From: Podarcis tiliguerta | Lineage: Eukaryota | DNA length: 64,000 nucleotides | Assembly (NCBI GenBank): GCA_965153285.1 | Contig: OZ229114.1 | Direction: 5' to 3' (one strand) | The notes under the pieces: generated by a model | Database searches by the model: none | Told to the model about the DNA's origin: nothing | Seen by the model: only the letters and a program-made list of their open reading frames with translations | Program-made: the position numbers and the translations under genes | Part shown: positions 13,726-64,000 of the stretch, in pieces | Numbering within the stretch: position 1 is the first letter of the stretch | How the letters are laid out: each line of letters begins with the position of its first letter

Positions 13726-14084
13726 AAAAGGTAAAGGTACCCCTGCCCGAACGGGCCAGTCTTGACAGACTCTAGGGTTGTGCGCCCATCTCACTCAAGA
13801 GGCCGGGGGCCAGCGCTGTCCGGAGACACTTCCGGGTCACGTGGCCAGCGTGACGAAGTTGCTCTGGTGAGCCAGAGCCGCACACGGAAACGCCGTTTAC
13901 CTTGCCGCTACTAAGCGGTCCCTATTTATCTACTTGCACCCGGGAGTGCTTTCGAACTGCTAGGTTGGCAGGCGCTGGGACCGAATAACGGGAGCGCACC
14001 CCGCCGCGGGGATTCGAACCGCCGACCTTTCGATCGGCAAGCCCTAGGCGCTGAGGCTTTTACCCACAGCGCCACCCGCGTCCC
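13726..14084 (-). mobile_element. Sauria SINE, CpG-rich variant subfamily
   Basis: Full head and (ACCTTT)n tail; flanking repeat AGATACCAGATA; close to the copy at 24548. Confidence 0.92.
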
Positions 14085-14496
14085 TGAGAGATACCAGATA
14101 CCACTACCTTAACCAGCATCTGTCACCCGAGGCGAGTGCCTGCCTCTGCCTAAGGGTAGAGCCCTGAAGGCAAATCAAAACTACTAATATCAACTAAATA
14201 CTGTAAAACCTGGAGCAGGATAAAAATTATATGCAGCTTGATTGTAGGAAAAACCTTAAAGCGGTTTACAAAAGATAAAACAGCAAAATTATAACTAAAA
14301 AACTTTACAACCATAATTCCTAATATGCAGAAAGTTAAAACCACAATAAAATATAGTAAAGCAAATTAAAAGTGTCTAAACATCTGGGTAAGTGTATCCG
14401 GTGCTTTTTTCTGAAAAAATGTTTAGGAGTATTCTCATTTTGACTCAAGAAAACCACCATTTTATAGTTCAAATCAGGGGAAAATAAATATAGTGG

Positions 14497-14683
14497 AGTG
14501 GTACCTCGGGTTACATACACGGGTTAAGAACTTTCCTTCAGGATGAGAACAGAAATCGTGCTCTGGCAGCACGGCGCCAGCGGGAGGCCCCATTAGCTAA
14601 AGTGGTGCTTCAGGTTAAGAACAGTTTAGGTTAAGAACGGACCTCCTGAACGAATTAAGTACGTAACCAGAGGTGCCACTGTA
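14497..14683. mobile_element. Tc1/mariner-superfamily MITE, internally deleted
   Basis: AGTGGTACCTCGGGTT...AACCAGAGGTGCCACTGTA termini; same family as 61979-62220. Confidence 0.7.
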
Positions 14684-14737
14684 AATGGACAAAAGTACAA
14701 AGATTCACAAAATGTTTAGGGGTATGTGTACCCCTAG

Positions 14738-15071
14738 GGGACACAGGTGGCGCTGTGGGTTAAACCACAGAGCCCAGGACTTGCTGATCAGAATCCCCAT
14801 GACAGGGTGAGCTCCCGTTGCTTGGTCCCTGCTCCTGCCAACCTAGCAGTTCGAAAGCATGTCAAAGTGCAAGTAGATAAATAGGTACCACTCTGGTGGT
14901 AAGGTAAATGGCGTTTCCGTGTGCTGCTCTGGTTTGCCAGAAGCAGCTTAGTCATGCTGGCCACAGGACCCGGAAGCTGTATGCCAGCTCCCTCGGCCAA
15001 TAAAGCGAGATGAGCGCCGCAACCCCGAGTCGGTCACAACTGGACTTAATGGTCAGGGGTCCCTTTACCTT
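14738..15071 (+). mobile_element. Sauria SINE
   Basis: Head, core and tail present with a small B-box-region deletion; flanking repeat TATGTGTACCCCT. Confidence 0.9.
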
Positions 15072-16354
15072 GTCCTTATGTGTACCCCTGCATACCCCCC
15101 AGAAAAAAAAAACACTGGGCATATCTAAATAGGAATGTCTTCAGCAAGTGCCAAAAAGAATACAGTGAAGACGCCTGACTGGTATCACTAGGCATGGGGT
15201 TCCAAAGTGTTGGCGCTGCTACAATTATTTTCTACAATTTTGTCTTACCTCCGACGAACTTGGGCAGACCCTGGGAAGTAGCTAGATCAGACTGAGAAGG
15301 AATGACTTGGGCCAACTGTTAACTTCAAATGTTTAGCTTATTTTTTAATTTTCATCTTGTGGTATGAAAAGCTATGTTTGTGTAGGCCAGCACAAGCTAC
15401 TAAGCCAGAGTAGCCACTCTCTTTTAGCTCTCTCATTGGCAACAGTTTCTCCTTACCCTGCCTTGAAAGTTGCACAAACACAAATTACTGGAGCGGGTAT
15501 GGGTAGCAAGGCGCATCATCCACAGATACTAGGAAGGGAATGTTCCAAAAATGCTAAAGGTATTTTGCTTTGCTCTCATTTTTCCATTAGACACAAGATT
15601 TGTAAACCTTTCCGGTAAAACTGATGTGCATTCCAGTGAAGGGTGTAAAATATCTTAAAGATTCATCATGATGTACACATCTGTGTATGTAATGTAAGAT
15701 TCCCCCCACCCACCCAAGGAAAATATATTTATGGATTACACCAAACAAATGCAAATAGAAGATAGAGACCTGGCCAGAAAAGGTATTATTTAATTATACT
15801 ATATGTATGCACTAAAGTGAAAAATGTTGCTAGGCAAGATGAGCTCATAGCAGAGAAAGAATGTGAACATTTGACAAGTAAGAAGGGTGCAATCAGGAAC
15901 TTGATTAATTGCTTATTAGTAACATTGTTAAGAAATATGCAGCTCATGCATAAAATCTGACTGAGTCCATTGAAGCTTTAGTGAATGTATCTAGGACTGC
16001 AGCCTTAATTACTAATAGCTGAGCTGGAGCTCTAGCCTGAGGCTATGTATACATTACCAATTTAAAATGCAGCAAGAATGTATCTCCCTGCTGTGTTTCA
16101 AATTGCACTTGCCCATCATTGTATGCAGGGGTGACAACTTGAATACAATATTGGAAAGGGCAGGTAAGCCCCTCCTTGCACAATGGATCACAAGGCATGG
16201 CACACATACACCATTTGAATGGCAATGCCCATCAACCTTTTTGGGGGGGAATGGCCCCCTCAAATATTTTATGGAGGGGGAGGCTAAAGGGACAACGCCC
16301 CCTAGGAGTTGGCTCCTGTGGTTGTACATATCAGGACAGCTGGATGTGTTTCCA

Positions 16355-16486
16355 AATAGCTCAGTCGGTAGAGCATGATACTCTTAATATCAGGTTCATG
16401 GGTCTGAGCCCCACATTGGGCAAAAGATCGAGTGTTCGACAAGATGGCCCTCTTGGGTCCTTCCAAGTCTACAGTTCTATGATTCC
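16355..16486 (+). mobile_element. tRNA-Lys-derived SINE with CR1-type 3' tail
   Basis: TAGCTCAGTCGGTAGAGCATGA.ACTCTTAAT (tRNA-Lys CTT-like) followed by GGTCCTTCCAA...TTCTATGATTC (CR1 3' end); T-arm degenerate. Confidence 0.75.
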
Positions 16487-17564
16487 AAGTCGCTCTTTGT
16501 CTGCCCACACCAGTGGGAAGAAAGGGGGTGTGGATGTCTTCATATAGCTTGGGTTTCCAAATCATGTTAAAGCTGATTTGGGGGAAAACATCTCAAAATA
16601 CAGCATTTCTCAATGACGTACAGGATAGATGTGGGTCATGGCTAACATAATGTGAACATGGTTTCACAAATCAGTGGTGGGAGTGTGCTGGATGTAGAAT
16701 AAAGGAGAGTGTGCACATAGCCTTAGTTTTGAATTCCAGGGGAAACAGGATAGCTTGTTGTAAGACTATCCTAAGGTACCTGAAAGTCTGACAAATGTTT
16801 TGTGGCAAATTTATTGGACAATATTTTGTGTCCTGCCATTGATCAAATTGTAGTTCAGCCCCCTAAATATCTTACTACTGCTCATCAAACACAGGGAATC
16901 GTATAAAATTGAGCTTTACTTGCACTGAGTTTCTGACCTGTGGATGACTCTCCTGCATTTATGGATTCAACCTTCCTTCCTGTCCATTTTTATGTGTGTC
17001 TCATATGCTGGTCAGATCCTAAAACACCAAAAGCAAATGATATGCTTTGCTACAGCTGCACTGGCTTCATAATGTGTCATATGTTTTGCATAGGAAGAGA
17101 GGATGGAAATACACTAAATGTTCCGTAATTTATCCAAATGCAGTAGCACTTAATGTGATGAGAAATCAAAGCAAGTTGTTTGCTGGGAATGTAAAAGCTG
17201 ATATAGAGTGATGACAACATTCTAGATCACTGCATGCATCTAACAAGGTGGACTCCAGATGACAAATGTTTATGCTGCAATAAACTCAGTCTTAATGTAG
17301 CACAGAATTATTTATTGGGATTGCTAATTAGCAAGGACTGCATTAATTCTCTCTACCCACAGTTGTGTTTTGAGACGTAATAATAGTCCTGGAGATCAGA
17401 ACTTAAATTATGTTGAGTTATTTAACTGGTGTATCTTACTCTTAAACAAAATCCATACAGCCTTGAAATTTGTTTCCAGACAAAGGGCTCCTAGCTCTCC
17501 TAAGTCACAGCTCTTCCACTGTAAGCTATAAGCAGAGCAGCAATTGACAGTCTACACTAACAGG

Positions 17565-17822
17565 AATTAAGCTACAGGGAACCAGGCAGAGGGCTTTCTC
17601 GATAGTGGCACCTGCCCTGTGGAACACGCTCCCATCAGATTTCAAGGAAATAAACAACTACCTGGCTTTTAGAAGACATCTGAAGGCAGCCCTGTTTAGG
17701 GAAGTTTTTAATGTTTGATGTTTTATTGTGTTTTTAATATTCTGTTGGAAGCCACCAGGAGTGGCTGGGGAGGCCTGGCCACATGGAAGGGTATAAGTAA
17801 CAAATTGTTGTTGTTGTTGTTA
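17565..17822 (+). mobile_element. L2-type LINE 3' end with microsatellite tail
   Basis: gagggctttctc...ctgtggaacacgctccc...gaaggcagccctgtttagggaagtttttaatgt; same 3' sequence at 58060-58175. Confidence 0.7.
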
Positions 17823-18035
17823 ACTTTTATTTCTGTGTCTACACCACTGTGTTTTGTCCACACTAGTGGGTGTGGCAGAGCTGTGTGGGTTTGGAAAGGG
17901 CCATTCACTGAAGCAGAAAGTTTTAAATCCCTCTCATCAATCTTATTTTTAAAATCAATACCAGCCTATCCTGCAGCACAGAAGAAGGAGATTGGAATGG
18001 GGAGTTGAATATTTTGGGGCAAATTTAAATAAAAC

Positions 18036-18373
18036 TGAAATATACTCGGAGTCAAGAGTGGATTTCATGCTCTTTATTCAGCTCATAGTGGTGAGGAGGA
18101 ATGGAAGTTCCCCCAGAATGTATGGCTTATATACATTATTTACACAATAGGCCGCACGTGATTGCCTAATTCCAGGATTCTCCTGTAGGCCAATCAGGTT
18201 GTGGATTCCCTTCCACCTGGAGCTGGATTGGGTGGCTCCTGTGGACCATTCAGACTGCTGCATTCTGGATCCTATTGTTCTAGGACCAATCAGACTGCTG
18301 CATTCTGGATCCTATTGTTTTAGGACCAATCAGACTGCTGCCTTCTGGATCCTATTCAACTCAGTACATAACA
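18036..18373 (-). mobile_element. Solo LTR with 40-bp CCAAT-containing tandem repeats
   Basis: Minus strand TGTTATGTACTGAG...TATATTTCA; 5-bp TSD AAAAC; TATATAA and AATAAA in LTR order; second copy at 60820-61185. Confidence 0.85.
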
Positions 18374-18959
18374 AAAACCAAAATGGGAGGAGGGGGCTGG
18401 AGAAGCGTCAGGAGCAAAAGGTTTCACTGAAAGGGCCGAATTAGTTAAATTAGTTGCAGCTGTGCAGCAATGGCATTCCAACACTTTCCATCTAGGGAAG
18501 GTGGAGAGCAGAAGCAAAAGGCTCTTACCATTCCTGCCACTCCTTTCTATTTGTTTTCCATGATGAGTACCTGGCATATAGGAGAGACTCCTTTGCTTAA
18601 CACAGGCAGCGAGAGGACCAAGTGGTAGAATGGGGGTGGGGGGGGGAGGCAAAATGGATTGATGTAGCCTATGGGCATGAGGGAGGTTACATTGCCCCCC
18701 ATACTTATGTTGAGAGCCAGTTTAGAAATACTATTAAGAGAGAGAGAGAGAGAGAGTATTCCGTAAAGTTGCATCTCCCAACCCCAACTATGGAATATGT
18801 TTATTTGTACTGTCCTTATTTCCCAAGGCTGCAGTGTGCAATTAATTACATTATTATTACCATGGGATCAACCCTCCCGTCCAACAGTAGGGAGAGAAGT
18901 TCTCCCGCTTCCTCCTTCGCCGGGCCCGGTGAAACAGTTCGGCTTCCCGCGTCCCTTTG

Positions 18960-19036
18960 GTTTCCGCGGCAACCCCGGGCCGCGTTCTGTTTCCATGGCG
19001 ACAAGGGGTACTCGGCGTCCCCGTTGTCTTAGCAAC
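18960..19036. promoter_or_regulatory. Three RFX X-box-like motifs: GTTTCCGCGGCAAC (18960-18973), GTTTCCATGGCGAC (18989-19002), GTTGTCTTAGCAAC (19023-19036)
   Basis: 14-bp imperfect palindromes resembling the RFX consensus GTTNCCATGGNAAC, 200-280 bp upstream of the ATG of a ciliary-family gene. Confidence 0.75.
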
Positions 19037-19241
19037 CGCGGCCGGGCCCCGCCGCGTGCGTACTCCATTCCTGAAGGCAGCGGAGAAGGTTCCGCAGGGA
19101 GTCGCCGGCACTGCAGGCCTGCAAACTCTTTCTCCAGGGAGCGGGCTTCCGACCCGCGGGTGCACCGTTCCCTCTTATTTTGCAAGTCCCGAGAAGAGCC
19201 ACTCGGCCTCTCTGGCTGGTCCTTGCCCCGGTCTTTGAGCG

Positions 19242-62481
<43,240 letters not shown>

Positions 62482-63498
62482 GTGAACTCTGGGCTTTGTG
62501 ATTTTTTTCCATGGCAGGGAATGCAAATATTGAAATGCCTAGCAAGATAGTGGTGGGGTATTGCCATCTCCTGAAATTCCTAACTCAGCCTATGATCAAC
62601 TGACAATTAAGAGAAGGAATGAAACATACCTGCGGGAAAATAAAATGAAAAACATGTTTACTTCCAGCAGAAATATAAACAGAAAAGGGGAAGTGGAACT
62701 TTATGGGGTCATAAGCAACACTTTGTGCTTTAACATGCAGCACTTCAAGGAACCCAGAAATAGATTGCCACATCTCTTTTCCCTCAGCTGCAGCTCTGTT
62801 GTTATTAGGGATGTTGGAGAATATTGATGAAAACAGATGCAGGATTAAAATTACTGATGTTTGCTCATTTACCCCATGCCTGGAACAGAAATCAACCCCA
62901 CAAATATGATCAGTATTCACTGTTGTTGCTTTCAATTTACAAATGATATGTGATTAATTATGTCAAACCTTCCCCACCCCATTCTCATTCTGTTTCCTTT
63001 GCATTGGAGTGTGGTAAACTAACATAATTACAATGTAATTTACATCATTGGCATAGTTATTTTTTGTAAATTGTGTAAGTTACATTATTTTGCCACAGTG
63101 AACAGTGAGACAAGTAACATAGTTTTGGGCAGAAGGCAAACTGTAGTGGAGTGGAAAAAGTGCTACATGTGATGGATTTAGGGTGGAACAGAAGACGAGG
63201 CCTTATTACATCCTTAATTATCATATTCCTCCAAGGTCTCAACTCTGAAACACCCGTTAGCTTATGCAAGGCATGACACTTAGATTCGCAGACATTGTGT
63301 AGAATGGCATATATTGTCATTACTGTTACCAATAATTGTTTCCGGGGCACCTGCACCAATCAGAGCCACGCCTTGGTTTTTAAACATTTCAGGATTTGAA
63401 TGGACTTCTGAAACGGATTAAGTTTGAGAACCAAGGTTCCACTGTATATGGTCCTTCTGTGGTCAGAGGGTCCACCGTTTATTACCATTTATGTATAG

Positions 63499-63866
63499 CA
63501 GGGTTGTCCAACACGTTGATCGTGATCTACTGGTCGATCCCTGTGAGGATTTGGTAGATCGTGATCGATCGCAGGCCTCCTTCCGGCCCCAGCCCCTCTC
63601 CCTGTGCCGGCCTCTATTGTTGCAGCAGGCAAGCCAGTGTTTAGAAATGGAGGCTGTTATCTGGCCAGCGATCGTAATGTTAGTGGCTGCTTCTGTTCCT
63701 CCCTCCCTCACAAGAGCTGCCAAAAAGTCCCTGACCACCTAAATAACGTGTCATCTCGCCTCCTTAAAAACAATTTTGACCTGAACCCCTAAAAAATGGG
63801 GGTAGATCACTGCCAGATTTTATTTTTGAAAGTAGTTTGCAGTCTCCTGGGAGTTGGCCACCCCTG
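63499..63866. mobile_element. hAT MITE
   Basis: CAGGGTTGTCCAAC / GTTGGCCACCCCTG TIRs; perfect 8-bp TSD ATGTATAG. Confidence 0.85.
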
Positions 63867-63965
63867 ATGTATAGGGTAGGCACCATCAGTTAGGATGTGC
63901 AAAGGAAACTATACACACACACATCAATCCAACTGTGGGGTTACTAGGAATGAAGACTCCCACTA

Positions 63966-64000
63966 CAGTGGTGCCTCGCAAGACGAAAAGAATCCGTTCT
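63966..64000. mobile_element. Left end of a Tc1/mariner-type MITE, cut by the window edge
   Basis: TA|CAGTGGTGCCTCGC terminus like the other copies. Confidence 0.6.

Noticed and set aside
16355-16425. tRNA-Lys gene
   Set aside because: T-arm and acceptor stem are degenerate and the sequence is fused to a CR1 tail, so it is a SINE

Overview
Eukaryotic (vertebrate) genomic DNA, almost certainly from a squamate and probably a lacertid lizard, judged from about ten Sauria-type SINEs. Two spliced genes lie head-to-head, in the arrangement I recall for human 2q37.3. On the minus strand are the first three coding exons of MAB21L4 (C2orf54; ATG at 12329); the rest of that gene lies left of the window. 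On the plus strand are the first 22 coding exons of CROCC2, a rootletin-family coiled-coil gene (ATG at 19242). I assembled 3279 nt / 1093 codons by hand with GT-AG junctions and consistent phases; the gene continues past 64000. CROCC2 starts in a CpG island carrying three RFX X-box-like motifs. The rest is intron or intergenic DNA rich in transposable elements: Sauria SINEs, other tRNA-derived SINEs, RTE/L2/CR1 fragments, hAT and Tc1/mariner-type MITEs and several solo LTRs. Most ORF-track entries are spurious. I found no convincing novel biological system. The best leads are a CCAAT-rich solo LTR family at two regulatory-relevant positions, the X-box cluster, rootletin-domain exons that I recall being absent from human CROCC2, and a frameshifting tandem splice donor.
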